Shown: positions 49,235-63,126 of the stretch, in pieces
How the letters are laid out: every line of letters starts with the position of its first letter
How positions within the stretch are numbered: position 1 is the stretch's first letter
NCBI RefSeq assembly: GCF_000143415.4
Contig: NW_003314283.1
Span: 985,734-1,049,733 of the forward strand
DNA length: 64,000 nucleotides
Source: Selaginella moellendorffii
Taxonomy: Eukaryota; Plantae; Lycopodiophyta
Reading direction: 5' to 3'
Notes under the pieces: model-generated
The model's database searches: none
Told to the model about the DNA's origin: nothing
Seen by the model: only the letters and a program-made list of their open reading frames with translations
Translations under genes and position numbers: made by a program

Positions 49235-51400
49235 CTCTATCAATAAATAATCAAGCAAAACATTTTATAAAGATAATCAATTATCCTAGATTATAGTGAA
49301 TCATCACCAATGATTGCCAGATGCAAATATTAACTTTAATATTGAAATTAATAAGCTAAAATGCCTTTCCTAACAATTCTTAACAAATAACACAATAATT
49401 GTGAAAACTTACAGAACCAAAATCTCAAAAAAGTTTATAAAGTTTCACCTAACAATGATCACAAGTCTTTATGAATTAGCTTCAATGCTAAAGAAAAAAT
49501 TATGGTATAACTCACAATATATTTGGCATTTAAATTGATGCAAATATATTTTTCATTAGCTTTAACATTATGAAGTTTAGTTTATAAATGTGTTAAGAAG
49601 GATAACCCAAATCTACCAACAAAGCTTTTTAGTAAAGATGCAACAGTCACGACAAAGGTAGTTCTAAAGTTGGAAAAAACAATTGAAGTTGCTACTAAAA
49701 ATCCAAAATCAATTGGTATGGAGATATTCATGGAGCTGAATGTTAAAATCCTCAATATACAACAATGATTTAAAGGTTTAGTTTCTACCATTGAGTCGAC
49801 ACTTTCTTTGATGTGGCTAATGATCTTTGATAAAGTGTATAATTCATTTGAGTTTTGCCGTATCGTTGACATTAAACTTGTATAGCTTGTACGAGCCGAT
49901 CGGAAAAGGAAAGGGAAATTAACACAAAAAGAAGTAAAATCTCCCCTCTAGAACAAGGCAAAAGGATAATATCAAGGGCTAGTTATATATAATCAAATAA
50001 AAGTAAAAAACAAATTTTAAGATCTTTTATATTTTATTTTTGATTGACAAAAAAGGTCATAATAAAATCCATTTAATGTTGATGAGTCACAACTTCAAGT
50101 TTTGATAATTTTTATATAGTAAAATGTAAATAGATATTAAAAAAATTAAATTTTAAAATAATTTTAAAATGAAGTATTTTGCCCTAAAAGTTTTCTAAAT
50201 TATAACAATGAGTTATAAACAATGATAGTGGTAAATTTTATTTCAACATGAGTCAAAAATTCAACATCATGAGGATATATAATATTAAAAAGAATAACTA
50301 TTAATGATTGTAATATAATGTAATTGAAGATTTTGCAGTTTTGAATTAAATGCTTGCAAAATTTTTTTATAAAGATAGAGGTAAGAAATATAAATGATAA
50401 TCCAAACTCTAAGATACAACAATTAGTTACTATGATGGCAAAATTGATTTTTGAGATATTTTTCTAAAAAGATTTTAAAATTAAATTAAATTTCTACTCA
50501 AAAGTTGAAGCTTTATAAGTAAAAAATACATCCATTTCCATTATTGTTCTCAAAAGTTTCAGCCAAGCCATGCTCAAAAGAGATATATATAATCATCATC
50601 AAAAAAGTATCCACTATCGAAGAATGACAAATTATTCTATATCAATAAATAATCAAGCAAAACCTTTTATAAGGAATTATCCTAGACGATAGTGAATCAT
50701 CACCAATGATTGCTAGATGCAAATATTAACTTTAATATCAAAGCTAATAAGCTAAAATGCCTTTTCTAACAACTCCTAACAAATAAAATAATAAATGTGA
50801 AAACTCACAAAACCAAAATCTTAAAGAAGTTTATAAAGTCTTGCCTAACAATGACCATAAGTTTCTATGAACTAACTTCAATGCTAAAGAAAAAATCATG
50901 GTATAACTTATAATATATTTGGCTTTTAAATTGATGTAGATGTGTTTTTCATTACCTTTAACATCATAAAGTTTAGTTTATGAATATATTAAGAAGGATA
51001 ACCCAAATCCGCCAATAAAGCTTTCTAGTAAGGATGCAAAAGTCGTGACAAAAGTGGTTCTAAAGTTGGAAAAAGCAATTTGAGTTTCTCCTAGGAATCC
51101 AAAGCCAATTGATATAGAAATGTTTGTGGAGTTGAATATCAAGATCTTTAATATACAAAAATGATTTAAAGGTTTAGTTTCTACTATTGAGTCGACACTT
51201 TCTTTGATGTGGCTAACGATCTTTGATAAAGTGTATAACTCATTTGAGTTTTGCTATATTGTTGACATTAAACTTATATAGCTTGTACAAAACAATTGGA
51301 AAGGGAAAGGGAAATTAGCACAAGATGAAGTAAAAACTCTTCCCTAGAAAAAGGCAAAAGGGATAGTTATCAAGGGTTAGTTATATGTAATCAAATAAAA
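49235..51400. repeat. ~770-bp direct repeat pair (49235-50002 and 50637-51400), possibly decayed hAT transposase 3' end on the minus strand
   Basis: Collinear near-identical blocks about 1.4 kb apart. Minus-strand VTVAS..SF, LKLMKN and SIE resemble the hAT dimerisation domain (weak). Confidence 0.8.
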
Positions 51401-51599
51401 TTTTAAATAAAATTAATATATAAAAAAAATGAAATATTCTTGATCTATGCATATTCTCAAGTTGATGGAAAGAGGCCTTGCTTCTTTAAAATGTACTTTT
51501 CCTTATTTTTTATTCTACTTCTCTTCTCCAATTAACACCAGCCACTGTCTATAAAATTTTCTGAAAGCCTACCAAGAAGATTCTACTGATAGACATGGA

Positions 51600-53250
51600 G
51601 ATTTGGGTACCTTTGCCAACTCTACAGCAGATGGAAGCAACATTGATTTCACTATTGAAGAGCTGGCCTGAGCCATTGGGGATCTTCCACTACACATAAG
51701 CCTGGATGTTCATGGCCCAATGGCCGAGCTTCTCCAGGCATGTGATAGAGGCTTTTCTGCACAGGTTCTAGCAATTATCTTTAATGACATTCTTTGCAAT
51801 GAATTTCTAAGACAATGGAAGAGTGGAGATACGAACTACCATACCATAATGGTCTCTTTGATCCTCCAAACTCTTTGCCTACATGGTGGAGAAACATCTC
51901 GTAAACTAGAGTGAGCAGCGAGAGAAATGTGCAATGGCCCAGGCAGGTTTCCAGCCACAATACAGTTTTGTGGATCCACTAATCATTATTATGTTGCTTC
52001 ATTGATTTCAAGAAAGCTTTCAATATAGTTATGAGACAAGGCTTATTAGATCGGCTGGAAGTACTCGAGAGATAATCTAGGCTATTTTGGCTTTGTACAA
52101 AGTTATTCTCACTGACATTGCTGGTCAAGAATCGAGCACCAGCACCACTGCACAAAGCAAGGATGCCCACTTTCCCCAACTCTCTTTGGTTTATATATCA
52201 ACACGATTGAGGCTCTCTTTCTTGATCACCATCTATCAGAGATCCAAATGAGGACCTATAATTCTATCTACTTCTGTACGTAGACAACTTACTACTACTT
52301 GCCTCCACCCGCACCATACTTCAGAGATAGCAAGAGGTCCTTGCCATGTTTTTCAATAACACAGAATTGGCTGTAAATTGGAGGCATACAAGTACCTTAG
52401 CTATGTAGTACATCAATGTAATCTCTGGTGTGCAGGGGTAATTGACCATATCAACACAGCTTGCAAAGCATACCACACTCTCCAAAGTGATTTCTGTACC
52501 ATGGGAATCTACTGTTGGGACACTGAACACCAATATTTCATGGCAAAAGTCACAACAGTCTTGATGTACAGTGAAGAAGTATGAGGACCTGGTCTGACCA
52601 AGGACCTTTGGAGGCAAGTTGGGAAGATTCATTGGACAACTGAATTCGGATGCCTGAAGGTATCTTGTGGGTTATGTCTATGGAATCTGGCATCCTACTC
52701 CAAGTTTGGAAGAATACTATGCAATATGTTCTACGTCTACTCACACACCTGGATGAAGACAACCTTGCAAAGTTTGCTGTTTTAGACTGGACAATCAACG
52801 TCAACTTGGATGGTGGCACAACTGGACACAGTCACTGGAGATGGAGCTTAGTGATCTCCTTCTGGAAAATATAGCTTATGTCCATGCGCTATGGATGGAA
52901 AAAGCATTTAAGACATGGCTGCAAGGGGCTGATAGAGCTCAACACAGTTTCTACAGATACCACGTAGAAGTTGTCGACTGATCAGCCTCTTGGACAGAAA
53001 CACAGGAAGATCATTGCAGCATATCGGACTAGAGGGCATCGATTGTATCCAGTAATTGGGGAATGGTTTTGCCCTCCAATCCCATGGGAAGGACGACTCT
53101 GCCAGGAGGTGGAGACAGTGGTACTACACACAATTGTCTAGCTTTTACACACATTTGGCAACAATCACACCTCCCACAAGCTGGTATGGATGCAATAGCT
53201 CTCCTCAATCAAAGAGGTGGCCATATTTCTCTTTCTCTGGGAACTCCCTA
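51600..53250 (+). mobile_element. Decayed non-LTR (LINE) retrotransposon reverse transcriptase region
   Basis: Ordered remnants FTIEELA.AI..L, NYHTIMV, LCCFIDFKKAF and VLMYSEE (LYADD-like), with many stops and frameshifts. Confidence 0.75.
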
Positions 53251-53757
53251 AATATTTAAACTAGAATATTAGCGCATGCCCTAGGGCCCAAAACACCCAA
53301 ATGGACATACCACAGGCTTTCATTAACAGTTATCAATATGGAAATGGCATTTTCAAGAATAAAAGCTCAAGATTTTCTGGCACTTGTTTACATAGAGGAT
53401 CAAATTTATAGTAACTTGAATACTTCTCAAAATAAACGCAAATTGGAACATGCTGCACATGCCCTTGCCACGCGTCTCGCGCGGATAGCTTCTCGCTGTA
53501 ACAATCCGCCACGCGTCGTCCTCCCATTCGCTCGAGGCCACGAGTACCACAAAAGCGCCAGAGCGCTACATGCCGAACACTTCTAGGTAAGGTCTCTTTC
53601 TCGGCGGCTAGGCTATGGTGGAGGAGCAAGGATGAGGAAGAGGAGGAGGAACTCTGAGAATTCCTTCGAGAATTCCAGCTCCAGTCGTACAGGTACCTTG
53701 CCCTCCCTAGTCGATCGGGCCGGATTGAGCTAGATCATCCAGGGATTCCAGGGTAGA

Positions 53758-54939
53758 ATGGGTAGGGCGGGCAATGCCGGCGAGCAGCAGCCGCGAATCA
53801 CACTGGGGAGCTACTTGGATATGTCACGGAGCTTGAATATGGATCCTTCCTGGAGCTCCAGGCAGCACAGCAATGCCAGGGGGCGATGGGACATGACCAA
53901 GAGCCTCAATGTGGAGTCTGGATTCTTCGCAAAGGCATCGTCGCGGCCTAGCCGCAAGGCCGCGAGGAATGGCAATGGAAGCAGTGGCAGTGGCAGCAGT
54001 GGCAGTGGCAGCAGAGTAGCGGCGGCCAAATCTTCGGAGGATTGCGTCGTGGTGGCCGCGAATTCTCCCATTATAGACCAGGAGCACAGGAGATCGAGCG
54101 CCGCGGCCAAAAGCCCCTTGTCCGCGACCGATGGTGGGATGTTTCCAAGCCGGGCAAGCTTCCACGCGGGACTCAATGGGAAGATGCTACCCACGAGTCC
54201 AAACATCCGGGACCCTTGCCAGGAGAAAGATCTCATCGATGCTTTCGTGGACCAGCTGAGAACCATCGCCGCGAGCTCCTCGAGTAGCGAGCCCAACGCT
54301 ACAACGCGGCGAGTGGTGAGGCGAGCGCTGGAGTTTTCCAGCAACTTGAACGCTCAAAAGATCACCACCACCACCACCGCCACCACCGGCAGCGAAATCC
54401 ACAGCAAGAACAAAGTGCCATCGTCCAGAGGCGTGGACGATCTTCGCGATGGTGGCGACGATCTTGGCAGGAGGATTTACCGCTCGAAGCTGAAGGGCAA
54501 TGGCGGTGATCTCCGGAGGCAGCACTTTCTTCCCGTGGTTGTGGAGGAGAAACAAACGGTCATCTCCTCGCCGATATGCCACAGCAGCTCTTCGAGGATG
54601 AAGCTAAAGTCCGTGGACATGCCTCCGGCGATCCAGCAGCACGCCGTGGAGTGTGCCTTCCAGCTCCTCAAGAACATGGATTGCAAGCTCAACTGCAAGC
54701 TCATCGCCTGGCAACTTAAGAAGGTAAGTTTCGGTCCAAGTTGACGATCGAGTTCTTTACTTACGTGGTGTTCTTTGTAGGAGTTTGATAAGATCCATGG
54801 ACCGGCTTGGCACTGCATCGTGGGGACGAGTTTTGGATCGTATGTAACGCACTCCGTCGGTGGATTCATCTACTTTGCGGTGGGAAAGGTGTCGATTCTT
54901 CTCTTTAGAACTGCCATCGAGGTGGTGGATAAAAAGTAG
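53758..54939 (+). CDS. Dynein light chain type 1 (LC8-like) protein with a long N-terminal extension; exons 53758-54723 and 54781-54939
   Basis: [16 protein letters not shown]...IAWQLKK|[32 protein letters not shown]. Confidence 0.92.
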
Positions 54940-55083
54940 AGGCTGGCTCGCTCGAAATTCAAGCTGCCAGTTCTTCGTCTAGCGCAGTGGAAAATCACAC
55001 TGCTCTTGTACAATGGGAATTCCAACTCTAAAAAACCATGACTTTTAAGAAACAAAAAGAACTGGCTTCGTACCTCCAACCTT

Positions 55084-56898
55084 TTAAAGCTTGGATTGAG
55101 GAGGGACGACATTGAGTCTCACCCGGTGCCATGAAGTGTTTAGCACTCCTCTCAAGTTCCATATGCTCGATACATCCTCTGGCTGGATGTTTGCGGCAGC
55201 ATCAACCTGTCAATCACATAAAAACCGTGAGAGGTCTCGAACGAACTCGAGAAACTTACAGCTTTAGCCACGACTTCTAGCGGAGAGTTCGTGAGTTCCA
55301 CCGTCAGCTCCCATAGGACCCACGCAAATCTCTTGCATTTCTCGGGATTGTCAGCAATGTACTCCTTGTCATCTTGGAATCGCTGAGCTTCCTGCCAAGT
55401 TTTGCCTCCGTCTACCGAGACATCAACGCGTTCTATTCCACGGCCTCCACCACTCACAGCGTAGCCTTGAATTTTCATCTAGAAAAGCAGAAACAAACAA
55501 CTGAGCATCAAACACAAGTGTGCTTACCTTGCTGCCAGCTTTGACGAGATCTCCCTCTGCTGGAGAGCATATAGGACACTGGCAACCAAAAACCACGAGA
55601 ATTTTAAGAAGAAATCCCAGCTTGACGACATACCTGAACAGGAAAGTCCATTAAAGGTCGGCGAGAGTTCCAGTTGATGTTGTCCCAATCTACGGTTGGT
55701 GGAAACATCTTGAAATCCTTTTGCATGAAAAACCCCTGGCGAGTTGAGAGATGTTAAAATGTGTCGTGACTTACCAATTATATACAAAACCTGGCATTCT
55801 TCTTCAATAACTTTGATCTCAGTAAGCCATTTTACCGAGCGAGCGCCAATGACACCTGGAACAACAACCCGAAGAGGAAATCCATGGTCCCTATTTAGTT
55901 CCTGTGACAGATTTTCATAAACTAGGAAATTCGTTCTGCGCTTTTGATTTTACCTTTCCATTCATTTCATAAGCCAAAATAACTTCCGCTTCAGGGCTCA
56001 TTGCTTGGGAGAGAGGGATGGATCCCTTGTAAGGTCCACCATTTTCTTCCTGAAACAAAAAGTTGATGGTAGACTTAAAACGTAAACAACTAAGAAAACT
56101 TTGTTTTGCTTTGCCCACCTTGCAAACGTCCACGCTTGAAAACTCGACATGCCTTTTCGAAGATTCTTGGCGAACTCCTGCGAGTTCCAACACGTCGTGC
56201 AATCTAGCACCTCCCCAAACAGCTGGACAAAAGTTTATGTCGTAAGAAAGAAAAAAAAACAATTCGTGCCCACCATTTCCCAAGGCTGAAATCGCCCAGC
56301 CAACACCTTTAACTTTTCTGACTTTGCTCATAGCCGTTCTCCGATTTCCTGCACACTGGAGAGCAAAACTCATCAAAGACTAAAAGTTTGAAGTTGGCTT
56401 TTCTTACTTGTAGCGTAGCCGTCACCGTGTGCTTGGGCAAGTTCCTGCATTTACGTTGGTTATCACCCTTCGAGCAATAGAAGAGAATTGAAAGAATTTT
56501 CAAGTACCTCAAGTCCTGGAGGGACAAAGACAAGGGTCCAGGAACCAAGCCACAAATTTCCAAGCGATAGCTGCCAAAACAAGCAATTTAGAAAAAAAAA
56601 ATTGCAAAGAGCTTTAGAGAAGAATCAATCAATCTCGATCAATTTTTTTTTTACTTGTTTGGATCATCGATGACAGGAATGGGACCGTGATTCCTTTTGT
56701 AGAAGAGATCCTCGGGAGTTACGAAGGATCGCACGAGAGCCTTCGGCGGTGTCTCGGCATTGAAAGGCTCCTGAGAAGGAAAATAAATTTGTTGAAGTGG
56801 TAGAAGCACAGCATTTTCCTTACCTTGGAATTTACAATGAGTGATGGATCGCGATGAGGCTCGTTCTCGTAAGATTTTGGCCCATACAGCACTCCCAT
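55084..56898 (-). CDS. SOX: Sulfite oxidase (peroxisomal, C-terminal SKL), multi-exon
   Basis: [78 protein letters not shown]...QSKL*. Alternative start at 56919. Confidence 0.95.
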
Positions 56899-57195
56899 CG
56901 CGCAAACCTGCAAATCCATGGCGAGTAGCACCGAAAGCTGGAATTCGAGCAAACCTTCGCGGCGTCCTGGCCGCCGCACGCCAAAGAGAATGAGAGATCG
57001 ACGAGAATTCGAGAGAGCGCTTCCTGGCCGCCGCGCGCCAAAGAGAAAGAGAAGAATGAGCTACCCTAGGATTCCTCGAAGCCTCTCTTCTATCGCTATA
57101 GCCACCATTCACAGGAACGCCACTGAAAAGATTCGACCTCGCGACCACTTTAGGCCAGGGAGAGGATTTGAGCCCGAGGCCTCTCTGGCATTTTG

Positions 57196-59283
57196 ATGCT
57201 AGTGAAATATTTAGGGCTATGGAGGAGGAGGAAGAAGGCGCTCGATTTTTCCCTCTTCTCGATCTATACGAGGACGGCCAGCACGGCCAGCAGCATCGAA
57301 TTCCTACCGGTGCTGCGGTCGCGGGTTCAAGAGCTCGAGTGGAATGGGATCAATCTGGAGCCTTACGCGTACGAGGAGCTGCTCCAGGCATGCGCGCGAT
57401 TGAGTGCTCTCCACGAAGGTAGGCGAATCCATTCCCACATTGCCCGGTGTGGATTTGGCGATCGCGCGCTCTTCTTGCAGAACACTCTCCTCAACGTCTA
57501 CGCAAAATGTGGGAGCGTCCGGGACGCGATCGAGCTCTTGGAATCCATGGAGCTCCGGAATGCGGTCTCGTGGAACGTGGTGATCGGCGGGTTTGCCAGG
57601 AGCGGGCACCGGCAAGAAGCGCTGGAAATTTTCGGGAAGATGATGTTGGAAGGAGTCAGGCCTGGCAGAATCACCTTCACGAACGCTCTCCTGGCCTGTG
57701 AAGGAGAGGAATTCCTGCCGCTGGGAAGGATCATCCACAGCTCCATCCAAGAGGCCGGGATCACAGATCAAGAAGAAGAAGAGAAAGCTGTGGAGCTGGG
57801 AAATGGGCTGATTGCCATGTATGGGAGATGCGGTGATCTAGCAGCTGCTACCCAGGTTTACTATGGAGTGAGGCAGCGGACGATTGTTTCGTGGAACTCG
57901 ATCATCGCAGCGTATGCCCAGTCCGGACATAGCAAGGAGGCGTTCCAGTTCTTCCAAGAATTGCTAGCTAATGGGACCAAGCCGAGCTCAGTGACGTTCC
58001 TTGCCATCTTGCCGGCCTGTTCGAGCTCGCAGGAGGTGGACGTCTTCTCGGCGTTGATCAGAGAGGCTGGACTGGAATCCGACGTGCTCGTCAGTACGTG
58101 CTTGATCACCACATACGGGAAAGCTGGCTCTTTGGAGAATTCCAGGAGAGCTTTTGCTGTCTCGGAACGGAGCAACGTTGTGACTTGGAACGCGATGCTC
58201 ACGGCGGTGTCGAGCGTTGGAAAGCTATTGGAAGAGCAGCGCAGTGTAGAGGTGGGATTCCTCGCGGAGGCAGAATCGCTCCGGTTGTTCCGAGAGATGC
58301 TGGGCGAAGGACTGAGGCCCGCGAGGGTGACGTTTCTGGCGGTTCTAAACTCTTCATCGCCGAGTCCCAGGAGCTGGGAATGGATTCACAGGCTGGCCTT
58401 CGAGAGCGGTGTTGCCGACGTAGAACCGGATGTAGCAGCCGCGCTGGGCACCGCCTTCGTACGAGCCCACGGAAGAAGAAGATCGAGCAAAAGTTTCGAT
58501 CAAGATCAAGGTCTTCACCGACAGGAACTCGAGCTCTCGGACGACGTGCTTGCCTGGACAAGTGCCATGACAAGCTGCTCCCAGAAAGGCCTGGACAGAG
58601 ACTCCCTCGCCATCTTTCGCCAAATGCAGCTCCAAGGCATCCATCCAACCAGTTTCACTCTCGCGGTGGCTCTGGAATCCTGTGCGAAGCTGGGCGACTA
58701 CGAACAAGGCAGCAGCATCCACCGCGTGATGGCCCTCCAGTGCAAATCCGACGAGTTTGTCGCCACCGCGCTCGTCAACTTATACTCGAGGTGTGGAGAT
58801 CTCGCCGCCGCTCGAGCAGTCTTCGACGGCTTCCAGGGATCGACGCTGGTCCTTGCCACCGCCCTCATCGCCGGCTACTCTCGGAATGGCGATGGCACCG
58901 CCGCGCTCCAGGCCTATCAGCTCATGCAGCTCCATGGCGACGCTCCGAATGACGTGACCTTCGTCACCATCCTCTCGGCTTGCAGCCACGCCGGCTTGCT
59001 GGACGAGGGGGTTGGATACTTCCAGGCCATGGCCGCGGAGCATTCGATCGAGGCGACGGCCCAGCACTATGGCTGCGTCGTGGATTTGCTCGCTCGGCTT
59101 GGGCATTTGGAGGAGGCCGAGGAGATTATCGAGGAGATGCCGTTCTTGCCGGGGAGCGTGGATTGGCTGACGCTGCTGGGCGGGAACAGGAATCACGGGG
59201 ATTTGCGGCAGGGGGAGCGAGCGATAGGAGAGCTCGAGCGTGGATTTCTGGCGGGATCCAGTGGATCGAAATGGAGGCTCTAA
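57196..59283 (+). CDS. PLS-class PPR protein, truncated within the E domain
   Basis: Repeats such as LLNVYAKCGS..AVSWNVVIGG; TFVTILSACSHAG, HYGCVVDLLARLG. Confidence 0.9.
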   Translation: MLVKYLGLWRRRKKALDFSLFSIYTRTASTASSIEFLPVLRSRVQELEWNGINLEPYAYEELLQACARLSALHEGRRIHSHIARCGFGDRALFLQNTLLNVYAKCGSVRDAIELLESMELRNAVSWNVVIGGFARSGHRQEALEIFGKMMLEGVRPGRITFTNALLACEGEEFLPLGRIIHSSIQEAGITDQEEEEKAVELGNGLIAMYGRCGDLAAATQVYYGVRQRTIVSWNSIIAAYAQSGHSKEAFQFFQELLANGTKPSSVTFLAILPACSSSQEVDVFSALIREAGLESDVLVSTCLITTYGKAGSLENSRRAFAVSERSNVVTWNAMLTAVSSVGKLLEEQRSVEVGFLAEAESLRLFREMLGEGLRPARVTFLAVLNSSSPSPRSWEWIHRLAFESGVADVEPDVAAALGTAFVRAHGRRRSSKSFDQDQGLHRQELELSDDVLAWTSAMTSCSQKGLDRDSLAIFRQMQLQGIHPTSFTLAVALESCAKLGDYEQGSSIHRVMALQCKSDEFVATALVNLYSRCGDLAAARAVFDGFQGSTLVLATALIAGYSRNGDGTAALQAYQLMQLHGDAPNDVTFVTILSACSHAGLLDEGVGYFQAMAAEHSIEATAQHYGCVVDLLARLGHLEEAEEIIEEMPFLPGSVDWLTLLGGNRNHGDLRQGERAIGELERGFLAGSSGSKWRL

Positions 59284-59769
59284 GGGCGTTAAAGAGTTAC
59301 CAACATTATAAACAAATTTTTTTTAATGATTACTTGAAAAAAATATTATTTAGAGTTTTAAGTAATGCTGACAAAAGGTGTCATTTTGTAAACTACATAA
59401 GAAAGACTTAAAGACCGGTTTTACTTCAAGTCAACCTAGTCGGTGCAGTTGGTAATTTTAGCACTACGTAGAGAAATGCTTGCATGTGTACAAATTTTGG
59501 CTGACGGAACGCTTGAAGGAATTGCAGTCGTAGGAAGGTAGCTCTGAAACAGTCACTTTGAAGACATTGCCACTAATGGAGAGAGAGAGAGAGAGAGAGA
59601 ATTCTTTTCCAAGAGGATTCAGTTGTTTGCTGCTGACTGTTTCCACTCTCTGTTTTCTCACCCCTTCAAGAAGTTTAGAATGTTTTTGCGTAGACTTCCT
59701 GTGCCTGATTGCCATCAAGCTCCCTTTTCACCCCTGTGCCAATATCCTCCACCTGTTCTATTTCGTGTC

Positions 59770-61600
59770 TTTTTCCGTGTTTCTCACATAGAACAGCATG
59801 CATGTTGAGAACCTGTAGAAGTAGTTGACTTCACAATTGCATCATCAAACTTGTACCAAATTCTGTTTGCTTTAGCAACTGTGGTATAATGCCCTCCTCT
59901 TCCGTAATGTTCAACAACTGCACACAGGTTGTAAGATTCCTGCTCGTTAGATGCTAATCTGGAAAAGAAAAAATAAAGCCGTGTTAAGCAGAAACATCAC
60001 AGCTACCTCAGACTTTCTGGGAAAATTCGCGGCAGTCGTCCTCTTGCTCAAGTTTAGCAGGCCAGCCCTAAGCGCTTTGACTTCTCTGTCCACCATTCTG
60101 CTTTTAAGCTCTGCATAAGGGAAATCGAATTAAATTACGCTAAAAGATGAGAAAGACAGACTTTTTAGCTTTAGTCCTGTCAGTCCTCGTTTCAAACCTT
60201 CATCTGGAAGCACGAAAACGCTCCAAGCATATTATAAGAAGCTGGATCAAGCATTTAGATTTTATAAACTTTTGGCTCCCACAAGTACACGCATGTAGCT
60301 GGACATTTTCATCCGCACGATCGAAGTCAATACAGGTCTCCAAATCCAAACTTTGTGAATCTGCAGGACAATCGTTAAACAAACATTCACAACGAAGTCT
60401 AGACATAATAGTTACCCCCGCCATTAGGAATGTGGAGCAGCCAATGTGTTGTTTCTTCAAAGCTCGAGTTTGAAACGCCACAAGTCACGCATTTACAGAC
60501 GTGTTTGAACTTCAGCTTTACTTCCTTGCAATCCATAACCTTCTCAAGCTCGTTGAATAGTAATACTAAAAATTCCTGCACAAAAATGTCAGGCCGAAAC
60601 ACAAAGTCCATATACTTACATGTGCGTCCTGGTCCTGCCCAAGAACTGCAAAATTCGGATCAAGAGCAGCAACCTGCTGGTGCATAGCTCGCGCATCACA
60701 TGCTTCTCCATTGTTGATTTTCTTGTGAAGTTCAAACAACTCCTTGAACAACTGGCTAGTTGCCGAAGCTTTCTCCAAGAGTCCTCCAAAGTGTCTTGTG
60801 AGAACTTAATGCTTGAATTGTACTTGAAAGATCACACGTCCGTCCAATGTTGGGAATCCCAACCAGTTTGTGCTCGGACGCAGTAGTTATCGCCTGCTTA
60901 ACCGAATATTTCAACTCTTTAACTTCTACCTGCCCTGCCGCTGCTCTGATATTCTTCTCTTCAGTTGCCCCTCTCACAGCTTCTTTTTCTTCGAGAATCA
61001 TCAGACTTCTTACGTTTTCCGCAACTCCTTCAGAAAATACGTGTTGAAGCTGACTCTCCTTGTCTTGAAGAATCATCAACCCATCGGGATGAGAACAGTA
61101 CCATCTATACTGTGAAGATTAAACTTTGTAGCAGAGAACACAAGGAAGTCTTGAACACCATAGCACAAACAGATAAACCTTACCAGCTTCTCTACAACAT
61201 TCAGAGTGCTCTGATAAGAAATATTTGCATCTGCACTAGATTCGTTCCCGCAAACCAGAATTTTGTCGCCCTCAAAAGCTCCTCAACTTCAGCCTCCTTT
61301 TGAAGTAGAAGATCGATCACTTGTCCCAATACTTGATATCATCTGTCTCGAATGCATCAAGCCACCTGTTCCCTATCACAGTAGCCTCCCTCTGTGGAAA
61401 TGTTCTTAAGAACCATTCAGTGGCTGATTTAGGGAACAAATCCCTTGCCTGGCACTTCACAAGTTCTGCTAAAGCTCTAACAATCTTACAGGCCCTTTCA
61501 AGATCTTGCTCCTTGTAATACGTCAATCCGAGGTAAGGTTCTACCAAATCAATGGGGTGTCTTTATCGACAGGTTGTAGCATCGAAGAGGCTGCCGGATT
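59770..61600 (-). pseudogene. Disrupted ubiquitin-specific protease (USP/UBP) gene
   Basis: Cys box GIPNIGRTC..STIQAL, QDQDAH|EFL, CxxC, LIICLERF, His box YNLCAVVEHYG.GGHYT...WYKFDD, MLFY; several frameshifts and stops between these blocks. Confidence 0.8.
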
Positions 61601-61967
61601 GGCTTGCCCAGTGTTGCCAACAGAGTGCCGAATCCACAAATTCGTTCTCTTTCTTCAGGAGAACAAGGTGGACTGGACAAGCCGTGGAATGAACAGGGCT
61701 TCTTCGACATTGACTTGATTCACCATAATGTTGTGCAAGACTACATGAACCTCCCTTCTGCGCTCACTGAGGTTGAGCTCCGGACGATGATAAGTTGCAG
61801 CAACGTTCCAAGTCAGTCTTGTGCTCTCAAAGTGCGTCTCGCAGAGAGACTCTTGGGAGACTGCCACATTGTGTGTACAAGACAGGTTTGGAACAGGTAC
61901 AGGGAGGTTGGGCATCGCCTCGACACAACACAGTTCATCCAGGCAGAAAACCACTGCGAGAGACTTA

Positions 61968-62022
61968 CGTGTTTGGCCATTCTAAAGTCCGCGAGCTTTA
62001 CATTTCCATCCGAGTCATGCAT
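61968..62022 (-). pseudogene. Isolated MAPKKK-like kinase exon fragment
   Basis: DSDGNVKLADFRMAKH followed by a GTAAGT donor, resembling MEKK/YODA-type VKLADFGMAKH. Confidence 0.55.
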
Positions 62023-63126
62023 GTGTGGTTAGGTGTGGTATGCGTCAGGATGGGGTTTGACCATAGGGAGAAGGCGTTCATGTCCAGCCAGAGGGCCTTG
62101 ATACTTAAGCCGGACGAGAAGTAACTGTGGGACTTGGCTGCTTGTGTTGCAGTTCTAGCTAGTGATAGCTGTGAAGGTGAAATGCTCTGGCAAAAGGCAG
62201 GCAAACTCCACTTGTATGAATTGGGTACAAGGTGATCTACCATAGTAGCTATAAATTATAAAGAAAGAATAATCTTAATCCTTGTTTGTATAAACAATTG
62301 ACATACTTTACTATTAGTAAAATATTGATTGCTTACTCAATTTCCTACCATAAAGGAAAATTAAAATTAAAAACCAATCCTCAAAATACAAACCTCATTT
62401 TCAGTCTCTCTTGTGTCATTAAGATCAATTGTGTATTTTTGAAAGAAAAAAAGGAATCTCTCTCCTCTAAAAATAAAAAAAGAAATATCTTGAGTTTCAT
62501 ATAAGTGCAACTTAAGTTGGCCATTTACAATGCTACACCAAAACATTTACCTCTAACAAGAATCATGAATGATGCACCTCATTGTAACCTAATAGTAACT
62601 CAATCTAGCTATTTCTACATAAGTGTTGAGAAGATGAGGACTAGAAAACAAATTCTTTTTGCAACTTTGCACAGTAGAGGAAAAAGAATGGATTTAACTC
62701 TAGAATGCAAAAAACACTAAACTTGTTTTTGAATGAAGTTTCTTAAACATGTTTGAAATTATCTGATGAAAAGAAGTATAAAACAAATATTTCCTGTCAA
62801 GAATACATTTTTCCCACCAAAAGTTTTTCCCATCAAGAACATTCATCTCTTATTAAGAAATTCATCTATCTGGAAAATGTGTATTTATTAGGGTATTCAC
62901 ACAATCTTATCCACGGATCATATAATAAATGTTGCTTATTTATAGGCTATTCATTCTTTATGACTTGCCATAAATTCCACTTGGGAACTCCCTCACAGTG
63001 TCCCATTCTTGTCCAGTGCTTTCTCCCAAGTAATCCAATTGTCTCCGGTATAGCCACTGTCATGATCTTATTCCTCTCTGCTGCGGTTTTTATTGCTCTC
63101 AAGTGATTCACAATGATTCATGATAG

